Position numbers and translations under genes: made by a program. Below, in pieces: positions 1 through 9,232 of a stretch of DNA of 64,000 bases. How positions within the stretch are numbered: the first letter of the stretch is position 1; each line of letters starts with the position of its first letter. Source of the DNA: Candidatus Kerfeldbacteria bacterium (lineage in GTDB: Bacteria > Patescibacteriota > Patescibacteriia > UBA10025 > JAHIVO01); NCBI GenBank assembly GCA_016214565.1, contig JACROE010000002.1, forward strand, positions 984,007-1,048,006, given 5' to 3'. Under the pieces are notes generated by a model. It was not told the origin of the DNA. It ran no database searches and was given only the letters and a program-made list of their open reading frames with translations.

Positions 1-867
1 GCAACTTATCGACTGACCCGCGCTCAGTCCGTAATGATTGCTGATCAAGGAGTGACATTTAACATGACCGTAGTTCATCAAGGTCAGCTGTATCCCCAAT
101 GGCGCGGTACGAGCTCAATACTTGCCGAATTTGATTTGCAAGGCGTTCGTTTCCGTATGGCCGCGGAGGCGCGTGCCACTGATGAGTGGGTGTATCTTGG
201 CTTTCAAGAGTTTCCAGCGATCCCATTTCTCGATATTCGTACATTGGATGGCGCGTGGTATCGCTTTCCTAATCGATGGCAAACGCATACTCAGAATCAC
301 CAGCCATTACGCATGACAGATTATATTACGTCTCTGACTCGTGATGCTGACGTTACTCTGAATAATAATCAAATGTACCAGCTAAAGGGAGTGATGGATG
401 TTCGTCGAGCGTTTGAGGAGTGGGGGATTCCACTGAGTCAGAGCGCCGAGTCCGTCCCAGTTGTGGTATTTATCGGAAAAAATGATCACCGTTTGTACCG
501 GCTGGAGATTGGTACTGGATTAACGCAGGCAATGCTTACTATTAGTGATTATGGTCAAACAGTTAGTGTGACAGAACCAACCGAAGCCCGACCATTTGAA
601 ATTTTTTGGTCGGACTTATTTGTAAAAACAAATACGCTTGATTTACCTTTGTTTGGCTCGTTACTTGGTATTAATATTGGCTCTGATGCGTCTGATGATG
701 ACAACGATGGATTGTATTTGATTTGGGAGCGCTTATTTGGTACCGACCCATTCCGAGCCGATACTGATGGAGATGGCTATACTGACAGCGAGGAGCTGAA
801 AAATGGGTATAATCCTCATGGTTCGAACCGCATAGTTCCCTTTCCTCTGAATGAAAATATTCGATAA
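1..867 (+). CDS. Hypothetical secreted/surface protein, 5' partial. The frame is open back to nt 1. C-terminal DxDxDG calcium-binding repeats of the thrombospondin-type-3 / dockerin kind.
   Basis: ORF 34..867 has no upstream stop to the window start. C-terminal motifs DDDNDGLY and DTDGDGYTDSEE match DxDxDG Ca-binding loops. Confidence 0.45.
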   Translation, partial: ATYRLTRAQSVMIADQGVTFNMTVVHQGQLYPQWRGTSSILAEFDLQGVRFRMAAEARATDEWVYLGFQEFPAIPFLDIRTLDGAWYRFPNRWQTHTQNHQPLRMTDYITSLTRDADVTLNNNQMYQLKGVMDVRRAFEEWGIPLSQSAESVPVVVFIGKNDHRLYRLEIGTGLTQAMLTISDYGQTVSVTEPTEARPFEIFWSDLFVKTNTLDLPLFGSLLGINIGSDASDDDNDGLYLIWERLFGTDPFRADTDGDGYTDSEELKNGYNPHGSNRIVPFPLNENIR

Positions 868-924
868 ATGTGAGACTATAGTATCTGGGCTGTGGTTGAC
901 AAATAAAGCGAAATGAGCTAGGGT

Positions 925-1515
925 TTGAGATTGCCACTATCTATTATGCCAGTACCCGTATTTGAGCAAACAATTCAGAAGGTAAAAGAGACAAAACGTG
1001 TAGAGCCTGAACACGTCTCAGGTTCGGTCGCTTTTTTTGCAATCATTTTGATTTTGCTGATCGCGGTGACCATGGAGATTGCGCTCCTAGATATTAATCG
1101 AATATTTAATCCTCAGTATGACTCATGTCGAGCGCGTGGTCCGATTGTTCAGCGGTTATTTGATACGGATTCAGTGCCAAAAACCTGCGACCTGAAGCAA
1201 TATGAATCTGCCCGATTATTATTGCATGCGGACGTAGTTGTGCCGCTTGTCCTCGTCTGTGTACTTGGTTTTGTTTTAATAAACATAAATAAGCGAAGCG
1301 TTACCGGTAAAATATTTAGAGTTGTATTTGTCATTGTCGCTGCATGGGGAACCGTTAGAGTTACATATGAGGGTTTGGCGTATTCACTGAGGCACCATGC
1401 GTTGTATGGAAAATATTTTGTGCTTTTAACCGCCGCAATTGCAATTATTGTCATGATCATGTGGCTGCAGCGTAACATGGTCGATCATCGGGGCGTAGCG
1501 CCAGTCAAAAAATAA
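925..1515 (+). CDS. Hypothetical small membrane protein
   Basis: ORF with several hydrophobic helices (FFAIILILLIAV, VVPLVLVCVLGFVLI, IAIIVMIMWL). No recognisable family. Confidence 0.4.
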   Translation: MRLPLSIMPVPVFEQTIQKVKETKRVEPEHVSGSVAFFAIILILLIAVTMEIALLDINRIFNPQYDSCRARGPIVQRLFDTDSVPKTCDLKQYESARLLLHADVVVPLVLVCVLGFVLININKRSVTGKIFRVVFVIVAAWGTVRVTYEGLAYSLRHHALYGKYFVLLTAAIAIIVMIMWLQRNMVDHRGVAPVKK

Positions 1516-1575
1516 GTGCAAACCATTGATATTCGCTTGATCAGAGGGCGATTTTTTGGTATAGTGAAAGCAAAT

Positions 1576-2106
1576 ATGAAAGAAAAAATAGCTTTAGTAC
1601 AGGGGGATATTACTGCAGTTGAAGCGGATGCGATAGTCAATCCGGCAAATAGTGAGTTGGTTCATGGCGGCGGTTTAGCAGGAGTGCTGGCCACAGCAGG
1701 AGGCGAACAGATCCAAGAGGACTCCGATCAGATTGGCCCGATCGCAATCGGTGAAGCAGCTGTGACGAGGGCAGGCAAGCTTAAGTGCACATACCTTATT
1801 CATGCCGCCTCAATGTCCTTGGGTGGTCGTACGAGTGAAACGACTTTGCGAGCAGCGCTAACTAACGCGTATCGCCGCGCATCCGAATTGAATATTCAAA
1901 CCATCGCTTTTCCCTCCGTGGGTACGGGGTATGGGGGATATCCTGTAGAAAAAGCCGCTCAAATACAGATGGAGTGCGCGCACGATTTTCTTAGCTCGCA
2001 TCCAAACTTTCAAAAAATTACTTTTGTGTTGCATTCCGCTGACGATTTTCAGGCTTTTCAGTCGGCGTATAATTCATCATTTAACAGCAGCGATCATGGT
2101 ATATAA
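1576..2106 (+). CDS. Macro-domain protein (ADP-ribose / O-acetyl-ADP-ribose binding or deacetylase, YmdB-like)
   Basis: MKEKIALVQGDITAVEADAIVNPANSELVHGGGLAGVL and GEAAVTRAG...YLIHAA match the macro-domain signature. Start moved to an internal ATG of ORF 1516..2106. Confidence 0.8.
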   Translation: MKEKIALVQGDITAVEADAIVNPANSELVHGGGLAGVLATAGGEQIQEDSDQIGPIAIGEAAVTRAGKLKCTYLIHAASMSLGGRTSETTLRAALTNAYRRASELNIQTIAFPSVGTGYGGYPVEKAAQIQMECAHDFLSSHPNFQKITFVLHSADDFQAFQSAYNSSFNSSDHGI

Positions 2107-3214
2107 TAAAAAGTTCTTTTTTGCACTCGCAACGTTTATTGGTACCATCGTTGGTGTGGGTATTTATGGATTACCGTACGTTGGCGCGCAGGCGGGATTT
2201 TTACTATTGGTCAGTTTTTTATTACTTGCCGCTATTATTGTTTTTGTCGTTAATCGGATGCTGGCATCAATCGCGGTTCATACTCCGGGACTGCACCAGC
2301 TACCCGGCTATGCTCAGACATATCTTGGTCCATGGGCGAAGCGCGCTGCGTTGGTTATTAAAGTGTTGTCATTTTATGGAACGCTTTTAAGCTACCTAAT
2401 TATTGGCGGCCAGTTTTTAGCAAACTTGTTGAGTGGACCTGACATTTTGTATACGTTTATATTTTTTATTGTTGCCGCTCTCTTGATTTGGCGCGGAGCT
2501 CGCTCTATCGGGCCGGTAGAATTAATTCTTATGAGTCTTCTCATTTTGTTGGTTATTTTGTTGCTTGTGTTTGGATTTAGTTCCATTGAAGCAACAAATT
2601 TGAAACCGATTAACTGGTCCTACGCATTTCTACCATACGGCGTCGCACTATTCGCCATGTGGGGAGCGTCCATTATTCCTGAACTCAAGGAGGAATTAGC
2701 AGGGGATTTGAAAAAGTTAACTCGCATTATAATAGTTGGCTTGTCTACGTGTCTCGCCTTGTACTTAGTTTTTTCATTTTTAGTCATTGGCATTAGCGGT
2801 CCAGCTACAAGCGAAAACGCAATCGCAGGTCTTACGAGCGCGCTTGGCGGAGATATAGTTAAATTTGGTTATTTGCTTGGCGTGATAACAACCTTTTCTT
2901 CATTTACCACGCTTGGTATGACTACGCATAAACTCTTTTGGTACGACTACAAGATACCAAAGTTTTGGTCATGGTTGCTTGCCATGTTTGTTCCCCTTAC
3001 GTTATTTATTATTGGTTTACAGGACTTTATTGCCATTATTAGCATAACCGGTGCTATCATGCTGGGACTAGACGGTATTTTAGTTGCTTTGGTATTTATT
3101 GCTATGAAGCGTAAGCAAGGATCTAGCCGTCTTACGGCTTATTCGATGTTAAGCGCTGTTTTGATGGTTTGTTTGCTGATTGGGGTGATTCTTGAAATAA
3201 CTAAACCTTCCTAA
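2096..3214 (+). CDS. Polytopic amino-acid permease/transporter family membrane protein
   Basis: About 11 predicted TM helices. N-terminus MVYNKKFFFALATFIGTIVGVGIYGLPY resembles the aromatic / amino-acid transporter (Aa_trans/Trp_Tyr_perm) family. Internal ATG chosen as start; it overlaps the macro-domain stop. Confidence 0.5.
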   Translation: MVYNKKFFFALATFIGTIVGVGIYGLPYVGAQAGFLLLVSFLLLAAIIVFVVNRMLASIAVHTPGLHQLPGYAQTYLGPWAKRAALVIKVLSFYGTLLSYLIIGGQFLANLLSGPDILYTFIFFIVAALLIWRGARSIGPVELILMSLLILLVILLLVFGFSSIEATNLKPINWSYAFLPYGVALFAMWGASIIPELKEELAGDLKKLTRIIIVGLSTCLALYLVFSFLVIGISGPATSENAIAGLTSALGGDIVKFGYLLGVITTFSSFTTLGMTTHKLFWYDYKIPKFWSWLLAMFVPLTLFIIGLQDFIAIISITGAIMLGLDGILVALVFIAMKRKQGSSRLTAYSMLSAVLMVCLLIGVILEITKPS

Positions 3215-3218
3215 TTGT

Positions 3219-4652
3219 ATGGCTTCATTAGCATCAGTTGTTGTCAGATTTGCCCCTTCGCCCACGGGATTTTTGCATATCGGCAGTCTACGCACGGCAC
3301 TTTTTAATTGGCTGTGGGCGCGTAAAAACAACGGAAAATTTATTTTACGTATTGAGGATACTGACCAAACTCGATTAGTACCGGGCGCAGTTGAGAATAT
3401 TCAGGAAGCACTGGCTTGGTATGGACTGGATGTTGACGCTGGTCCTTTTTTTCAATCTCAACGACTTGACCTGTATCGAGCAGCCGCGGAACGACTGATC
3501 GCATCTGGCCATGCCTACTACAGTTTTGAAACTGCTGACGAATTAACCAAACTTCGCGAGGTTCAACGTCTGCAAGGTATTCCCATTAAGTACCGTTCAT
3601 TGTCGGTCGCGTCACTGACTGATGCTGTCATTCAAGAAAAAATAAAAGCCGGCGAGCCGTACGTTGTTCGACTGCGCGTGCCTGAAGAGGGCACAACAAC
3701 ATTTGACGATCAGGTGTACGGCACGGTTACGGTTGAGAACGCACGAATTGATGATCAGGTATTATTAAAAAGCGATGGCTTTCCCACCTACCATTTAGCA
3801 AATGTGGTTGACGATCATGATATGGAGGTGACGCATGTGATTCGCGGCGAGGAGTGGTTACCTTCGACGCCAAAACACATGGTTTTGTATGCGGCCTTTG
3901 GTTGGCAACCGCCGACATTTTGTCATTTGCCGCTCATATTAGGAAGTGACAAAGCGAAATTATCAAAACGGCATGGCGCCGTGCCCGCGCTTGAATATCG
4001 AGCGCTTGGGTACACCCCGAAAGCGATTTTGAATTTTATCGCATTGCTTGGCTGGAATCCGAAAACAGAGCAAGAGTTTTTTACAATTCAAGAATTAATC
4101 GAAGCCTTTGAATTAGAGAAATTAAATAAATCAAGCGCCGTTTTTGATGTGAAAAAGTTAGACTGGCTGAATGCTCATTCGATTCGCACCATTTCACCGT
4201 CTGAATTATTAGAATACGCACGTCCGTTTATCGGTTCGTACGCTGAGCATAAAAATATTTTGCCAGCGCTTGACGCTGTTCGCGGAAGAGTAACCCGATT
4301 GACTGATTTAGTGGACGATTTAAAGATTTTCTTTGAGCCGATCGATTGGACCAACCCGTCATTGATTATCGCGAAAGGGGAGGATGCGTCACAGGCAATC
4401 CAATCATTGACCCTTGCTCGAGAGATTATTAGACCTCTATCATTTAGTGAACTCGATCGACCGGCCATCGTCACACTTTTCAAAGAATCCATTGCTCAGC
4501 ACCAGACCTCCACTAAATCGTTGCTATGGCCACTGCGTGTGGCTCTGAGCGGCCGGACGAACAGCCCTGGATTTGATGAACTGATGCTCGGCTTAGGCAA
4601 GGACGAAACGCTACAGCGGATTGAAAAAGCCATCCTGCTATTGAAAAAATAA
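3219..4652 (+). CDS. gltX: Glutamyl-tRNA synthetase
   Basis: Class I HIGH motif (PSPTGFLHIGSLRTA), KLSKR (KMSKS) motif, and global similarity to GluRS. Confidence 0.9.
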   Translation: MASLASVVVRFAPSPTGFLHIGSLRTALFNWLWARKNNGKFILRIEDTDQTRLVPGAVENIQEALAWYGLDVDAGPFFQSQRLDLYRAAAERLIASGHAYYSFETADELTKLREVQRLQGIPIKYRSLSVASLTDAVIQEKIKAGEPYVVRLRVPEEGTTTFDDQVYGTVTVENARIDDQVLLKSDGFPTYHLANVVDDHDMEVTHVIRGEEWLPSTPKHMVLYAAFGWQPPTFCHLPLILGSDKAKLSKRHGAVPALEYRALGYTPKAILNFIALLGWNPKTEQEFFTIQELIEAFELEKLNKSSAVFDVKKLDWLNAHSIRTISPSELLEYARPFIGSYAEHKNILPALDAVRGRVTRLTDLVDDLKIFFEPIDWTNPSLIIAKGEDASQAIQSLTLAREIIRPLSFSELDRPAIVTLFKESIAQHQTSTKSLLWPLRVALSGRTNSPGFDELMLGLGKDETLQRIEKAILLLKK

Positions 4653-4669
4653 GGGAAATGTGCTATATT
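4641..4669 (+). promoter_or_regulatory. Sigma70-type promoter: TTGAAA, 17-nt spacer, extended -10 TGcTATATT
   Basis: ttgaaa at 4641-4646 and tatatt at 4664-4669 with tgc immediately upstream, 31 nt ahead of the 4701 start codon. Confidence 0.5.
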
Positions 4670-4700
4670 CTTATTTGCTACTAACCTTAGCGCATAAAAA

Positions 4701-5960
4701 ATGGCTCTCTACGGTAATATAAAGAAAAATCATTATTTAGTCGTACTTGGGGTACTCACCATAGTCTTGGTGGGCTTCTTCGGTTGGAGCTGGAATTCAT
4801 TTGCGCAGACAGCGGGGGATAACCAGTCAGATGAATCCGTAACCGCCTTGAATGCAGAAATTGACGCGAAGCGGAAGGAAGTCGAAGAGCTAAACAAACG
4901 GGCTCAAATTTATGAAGATACGGTCAAGGCTAAACAGAAGGAGGCATCAACTCTACAAAATCAGCTCTCATTGATTGATGTACAAGTAGAGCAGACCCAG
5001 AATGATATCGAGCGGATTACGGCGGAGATAGAGGCACTTAATCTTGAACTTGAACAGTTAGCCGTCAATATCGCTGACAAGACAGTTGAGCTGCAGAGTA
5101 GCCAAGAGGTATTGGCTCAGTATTTGCGATTAATACATCGCTATGATCAGCAGACATACCTCGAGATACTCATGACAAACAAGTCTTTTTCTGAATTCTT
5201 TGATAATTTTCAGTATACCCAAAAACTGCAAGCTGACGTTGAGCAAGCGCTGGTTGCGACACGAACAATGCGCGATGAATTAGCCTTGCAAGAAAAAGAA
5301 AAGTCAGATAAAAAATCAGAGTTATCGCAACTGTCCGACAAACTGACTGGAAGCGTCGCTGATTTAGGTAATCAAAAAGATTACAAAACGACCCTGTTAG
5401 CCGATACTAAAGAAGATGAAGCAACGTATCAAGTTTTATTGGCAGAAGCAAAACGCGAGCAGGATTCAGCGCAAGCCGACATTCGTTCATTAGAATCAAA
5501 AGCTCGGTCGCAGCTGGAAGAAGAAGGGGTTGACCTAAGTGCCGACACACAGTTGATATGGCCCGTTGCACCTCTTAAAGGTATTTCTGCATATTTTCAT
5601 GATCCAAGTTATCCATTTCGTCACATCTTCGAACATCCAGCAATCGATATTCCAGCTCCACAGGGTACGCCGATCCGTGCCGCGGATAATGGGTATGTTG
5701 TCCGTGCTAAAAATGCCGGGATGGGCTACAGCTATATCATGCTGGTGCATAATGATCAATTCACGACTGTGTACGGCCATGTTTCCCGTATTGACGTGAC
5801 GGAAGAGGAGTACGTGGTTCGTGGCCAACAAATCGGGTTAGTAGGTGGTTTGCCAGGCACTCCAGGCGCTGGCGGTCTTACCACAGGACCACATCTTCAC
5901 TTCGAGGTACGCTCAAATGGTATTCCAGTTAATCCATTGGATTATTTGCCAGGCTACTAA
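4701..5960 (+). CDS. M23 (LytM) family metallopeptidase with a long N-terminal coiled coil (EnvC-like murein hydrolase activator / peptidase)
   Basis: N-terminal TM segment, about 250 aa of heptad coiled coil, and a C-terminal M23 domain (HPAIDIPAPQGTPIRAADNGYV...GPHLHFEVRSNG). Confidence 0.8.
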   Translation: MALYGNIKKNHYLVVLGVLTIVLVGFFGWSWNSFAQTAGDNQSDESVTALNAEIDAKRKEVEELNKRAQIYEDTVKAKQKEASTLQNQLSLIDVQVEQTQNDIERITAEIEALNLELEQLAVNIADKTVELQSSQEVLAQYLRLIHRYDQQTYLEILMTNKSFSEFFDNFQYTQKLQADVEQALVATRTMRDELALQEKEKSDKKSELSQLSDKLTGSVADLGNQKDYKTTLLADTKEDEATYQVLLAEAKREQDSAQADIRSLESKARSQLEEEGVDLSADTQLIWPVAPLKGISAYFHDPSYPFRHIFEHPAIDIPAPQGTPIRAADNGYVVRAKNAGMGYSYIMLVHNDQFTTVYGHVSRIDVTEEEYVVRGQQIGLVGGLPGTPGAGGLTTGPHLHFEVRSNGIPVNPLDYLPGY

Positions 5961-5988
5961 TGAGTCGGCGGTTTAAGCAAAACAAAAA

Positions 5989-6013
5989 CCTCGGATGACC
6001 CGAGGCTTTTTTG
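5989..6013. terminator. Bidirectional rho-independent terminator between convergent genes
   Basis: Hairpin cctcggatgacccgagg followed by cttttttg on the plus strand and preceded by aaaacaaaaa, which is the U-run for the minus strand. Confidence 0.65.
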
Positions 6014-6039
6014 TATTGTGAAATAATTCGCAAGTAAAA

Positions 6040-7506
6040 TTAATAAGGAGAAAATAGTTCTCGGATTGATGTACGTCGGGATGATTTAGTTGTTACTACG
6101 CTGGCCGTGTCAGTACTACCGGCAATCTGGTATCCGCCACGCCACCACGGCTCGTATGCATTATAATCCTGTATTAAACCGCCTTGTATTGAATACAAGC
6201 GAAATTGAGGTCCACCGCGGGATGCCGGGGCGACTAAAACCTCGGGTTCAAGCGATCCGGAATCCATATTGGCAATGGCAACGTTTACGCCACCGCGAAA
6301 TGAGCTATCGTACGGAAAAAACTGCCCATAGTGGTTGCCTTTGCTATCAAATAATCTGACGTGAGCTCCGCCACCGATGCCAGGGCCAGTCACAATCAGT
6401 GCGGGCGCTGCCTCAGTAGCTTCAGCAGCATCTACTGTTACGCCACCGCGAAAAGTCGTGGCATACGGAAAAAATTGACTGATGTGTGCGCCACCATGTG
6501 TCATGACTCGGACGTGCGGCGCCCCACCCGGACCGGCGCCAGTAATGATTTCCGCAATTCCATCTCCGGTGAGATCTGCCGCAGCCACATTTACACCACC
6601 GCGAAAGGATGGAGCATATGCCATAAATTGCCCGCGTACTTTTGCATCGGCGGTGAAGATACGCACCTGCGGGCCACCGCCCGGACCGGCCGCAGCAATA
6701 ATTTCATCAATGCCGTCGTTATTGAAATCTCCAGCCGCCACGTCTACGCCACCGCGAAAAGATTCAGGAAATGCAAAAAACCCGCCGAGAAGTGTTCCAT
6801 TTTGCGCGTACATACGCACCTGCGGTCCGCCACCGGCGGCTGCACCGACGATAATTTCTTCTCCGGCAAATTTGCCATTCAGCTCTCCATAAGCGATTGA
6901 ACCGCCACCCATAAATCGGTCAAAGGGAACAATCTCATTTTCTAATGGGGGAGGAACTGTGGCTGAACCAAGGTGGAGCGCGCTGGACAGTGAATCAAAA
7001 GGGTTAATAATACTTCCATCGGGAGCGTGGATTTCAAAATGCAGATGGGAAACGGTTGACTCCGCATTACCCGAGTCTCCCATCCAGCCGATGAGTTGGC
7101 CTCGCTGTATCGGATTGCCACGCAGGATATCTGGTGCATACGCACTCATCCCGCCACCGTTTCCATCGTCGGTTCCGTAGGTATCATTATTAATATGTAA
7201 ATACCAGTATTCATAACCAGCCGCGTCCTCGAGAAAAACCGCATACCCATAATATGGTTCTGGGTAGGCGACATAATGAACCGTTCCATCGACAGCTGCA
7301 ACGAGCGGCTGATGCTTCATGCCCATAATATCATTTCCCTCATGCGTACGTCCGCCTGATCGAGGTGCGCCAAAGTCATTTGAAAAACGAGTATCGCCTA
7401 ATACGGGAAAGATTATATCTCGTGTTTCTGCCGCACAAACGTGCGCGCCCATGAATAAACCTGCCGCAACCAGTATGGTCAGGGCTATTGTTTTTATTTG
7501 TAACAT
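6040..7506 (-). CDS. Secreted M23 peptidase fused to at least 6 FG-GAP/integrin-alpha-like repeats
   Basis: Signal peptide MLQIKTIALTILVAAGLFMGAHVCAAE, then an M23 domain (HEGNDIMG..., GNAESTVSHLHFEIH), then a repeated unit of about 50 aa: FRGGVxVAAGDxxGDGIxEIIxGAGPGGGPxVRxF. Start taken at the internal ATG preceding the signal peptide; ORF track gives 7560. Confidence 0.75.
   Translation of the reverse strand: MLQIKTIALTILVAAGLFMGAHVCAAETRDIIFPVLGDTRFSNDFGAPRSGGRTHEGNDIMGMKHQPLVAAVDGTVHYVAYPEPYYGYAVFLEDAAGYEYWYLHINNDTYGTDDGNGGGMSAYAPDILRGNPIQRGQLIGWMGDSGNAESTVSHLHFEIHAPDGSIINPFDSLSSALHLGSATVPPPLENEIVPFDRFMGGGSIAYGELNGKFAGEEIIVGAAAGGGPQVRMYAQNGTLLGGFFAFPESFRGGVDVAAGDFNNDGIDEIIAAAGPGGGPQVRIFTADAKVRGQFMAYAPSFRGGVNVAAADLTGDGIAEIITGAGPGGAPHVRVMTHGGAHISQFFPYATTFRGGVTVDAAEATEAAPALIVTGPGIGGGAHVRLFDSKGNHYGQFFPYDSSFRGGVNVAIANMDSGSLEPEVLVAPASRGGPQFRLYSIQGGLIQDYNAYEPWWRGGYQIAGSTDTASVVTTKSSRRTSIRELFSPY
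6240..6900. repeat. About 150-bp tandem coding repeats that encode the FG-GAP units
   Basis: gccaccgcgaaa(a/g) recurs at roughly 6292, 6443, 6597 and 6745, the same period as the protein repeat. These repeats produce the spurious antisense ORFs 6361..6900 and 6482..6892. Confidence 0.6.
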
Positions 7507-7608
7507 ACTGAAAGTATAGCAGATTTTTTCGTGAAAATCAATATTAAAATCCCCACGCACTCAGTGAACTGGGGGTGTGGGGATGGTTGAAGGGAGGCAG
7601 CCTGCTTT

Positions 7609-7932
7609 TCAGCAGGTGGAATAAGTTCGAGAATGATGCGGAGCGGCACAATACCGTTTGACGATTCCGCGCAAAGCTCGGCGAGACAGACAATCAGCCG
7701 GGAACTGATGACTGGTATCGCTGAAGACTAAGGCGTAGGCGCCCTCGTTGATAATCAATTCAACGGGCACCTCTTTCATCGTAGGCAAACGGGCGCAGAA
7801 TTCGTTGATAACCGGCGTGTGTTCATCCGTGATCGCAGATGGAATACTCGGAATAACTTCTTTAAAATGAGTTACCAGGGCATCGGTATCCATCCGGACA
7901 AGTCTCGGCGCAGACGCGATTTTTTTCTTCAT
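7609..7932 (-). CDS. Hypothetical protein
   Basis: ORF only. No recognisable motif. Local GC is higher than the surroundings. Confidence 0.3.
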   Translation of the reverse strand: MKKKIASAPRLVRMDTDALVTHFKEVIPSIPSAITDEHTPVINEFCARLPTMKEVPVELIINEGAYALVFSDTSHQFPADCLSRRALRGIVKRYCAAPHHSRTYSTC

Positions 7933-8080
7933 GGAAAGAACTCCTTTTTGAAATTGTTTGTTTTGGTTTTTGGTTAGTAATAATGTTTAGCGATAATATT
8001 AGCGGAAATGCCAATATATGTCAAGGGTAGCCAAAAATGAACCCCGCCAGACATAATGCCGTGCGGGGTAAAAAAGGGGG

Positions 8081-8317
8081 TTACCAGTGCTCGGTAGCAC
8101 TGCGTCGCTCGATAGGCTCAATGGTCAGCGATGACTCGCCGACGCGCTGTAAACCGATCATGCGGCGAGTAAGGAAATTTTGAGTACTGATCCAGTTGTG
8201 GGATAGCTCTAAAATTTCCTGTTGATCGAGATCACTTCGCCATGTCATGACACAATTGTCGATATTCTTACCATCGACAACCAGATCATCCATCGATAAG
8301 ACGAATTCTACCAACAT
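8081..8317 (-). CDS. Hypothetical protein
   Basis: ORF only. Confidence 0.25.
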   Translation of the reverse strand: MLVEFVLSMDDLVVDGKNIDNCVMTWRSDLDQQEILELSHNWISTQNFLTRRMIGLQRVGESSLTIEPIERRSATEHW

Positions 8318-8446
8318 ACACGCTCCATAGTGTAGACATGGAGCATCCTATGCGATGATACGCGCATCCTATGGCGCGCAATGATTAACAAAAAGTGCGG
8401 TTCATTACCGTACCGCACTCGTCATATTTAGTCAAGATTTTAATCG

Positions 8447-9112
8447 TCAGTCAAAGATAAGAGGGATGGACAATTCATCATTCAATTCAGGAAGCCCAGA
8501 GGGATTATTCTTGCTGAGTATCAGTGTGCCGGCATTGCCCTCTGGTTTATCAAATGTCAGCGTTAGCGTGAAATCTACAAATTCAGTAGTCATGGCGTCA
8601 CCCTCGGCAGAGGCGGTACCACTTACTATTACAGCTCCATCGCTATCCATGAGCGTAACCGGAAATTCACTTTCAAAAAACCAGGAACCGCGAGCGCGTC
8701 CGGTGATTTTGAGCGGACTCGTAATTTTAGTTTGAGGGCGGGGACTGTCAACCACAATTTCATCTGCTTTCTCCAATTCATTGCCAATGTCCTGGGTAAA
8801 AGTTTGGCCACCCGGTACGGCACATCTCGGCGGATATGACTCCATGATGGCGTAGCCAGCATCCACACACTCATCATACGTGGTAATTTCTGGTCCGCCG
8901 ACCCCGCCATTTGAATTAGCGGTGGTATTTGTGTTACTACATCCAGTCGTCGGAGCGGCTGCGGTGGGGTTGCCTCGCTTAACCCATGCGCCATTTTCAC
9001 ATACCCAGGAGTTTTCGTTCGTACCCAGTCGGCTATAGACAACAGCACCAATTACTACAACTGCAATCAATAACAGTATGCCGCTTAATGCTTGTTTTGA
9101 ACTTTTTTTCAT
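8447..9112 (-). CDS. Hypothetical membrane-anchored or secreted Cys-containing protein
   Basis: N-terminal TM or signal segment (ALSGILLLIAVVVIGAVVY), a low-complexity T/N/G-rich linker, and 6 Cys in the extracytoplasmic part. Confidence 0.45.
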   Translation of the reverse strand: MKKSSKQALSGILLLIAVVVIGAVVYSRLGTNENSWVCENGAWVKRGNPTAAAPTTGCSNTNTTANSNGGVGGPEITTYDECVDAGYAIMESYPPRCAVPGGQTFTQDIGNELEKADEIVVDSPRPQTKITSPLKITGRARGSWFFESEFPVTLMDSDGAVIVSGTASAEGDAMTTEFVDFTLTLTFDKPEGNAGTLILSKNNPSGLPELNDELSIPLIFD

Positions 9113-9232
9113 ATGATTAATTTTAATGATGTACCTATTGTATCCCTGAAGCGTTTGTTCGTCCAGGTGCCGACAGACTATTGGTAGTTAAAAATAACAA
9201 TTTGTTGTACCGCGAGCCGATTTTTCAGTAGG

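Noticed and set aside
5535-5831. Antisense ORFs inside the coiled-coil M23 gene
   Set aside because: Embedded opposite a conserved M23 catalytic domain, with no independent signals.
6240-6900. Regularly spaced repeats of about 150 bp (gccaccgcgaaa...) that look superficially like a CRISPR array
   Set aside because: They lie inside a long ORF and encode the FG-GAP protein repeats FRGG.../GPGGGPQVR. There are no short invariant repeats separated by unique spacers and no cas genes.
6361-6900. Plus-strand ORFs 6361..6900 and 6482..6892 (179 and 136 aa)
   Set aside because: They are antisense to the strongly supported FG-GAP/M23 gene. The proteins are low-complexity (Pro/Ala/Arg-rich) and are artefacts of repeat-containing GC-rich coding sequence.
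8044-8080. GC hairpin ccccgc...gcgggg downstream of the 8081..8317 ORF as a terminator
   Set aside because: On the relevant minus strand the T-run comes before the stem, not after it. Only a weak UUCAUUUUU follows. Not convincing as an intrinsic terminator.
8318-8446. Direct repeats gcatcctatg(c)g spaced 10 bp apart, plus a cgcgc...gcgcg hairpin
   Set aside because: A short, single occurrence between two low-confidence hypothetical genes. It is probably a promoter or terminator fragment and there is too little evidence to assign a function.
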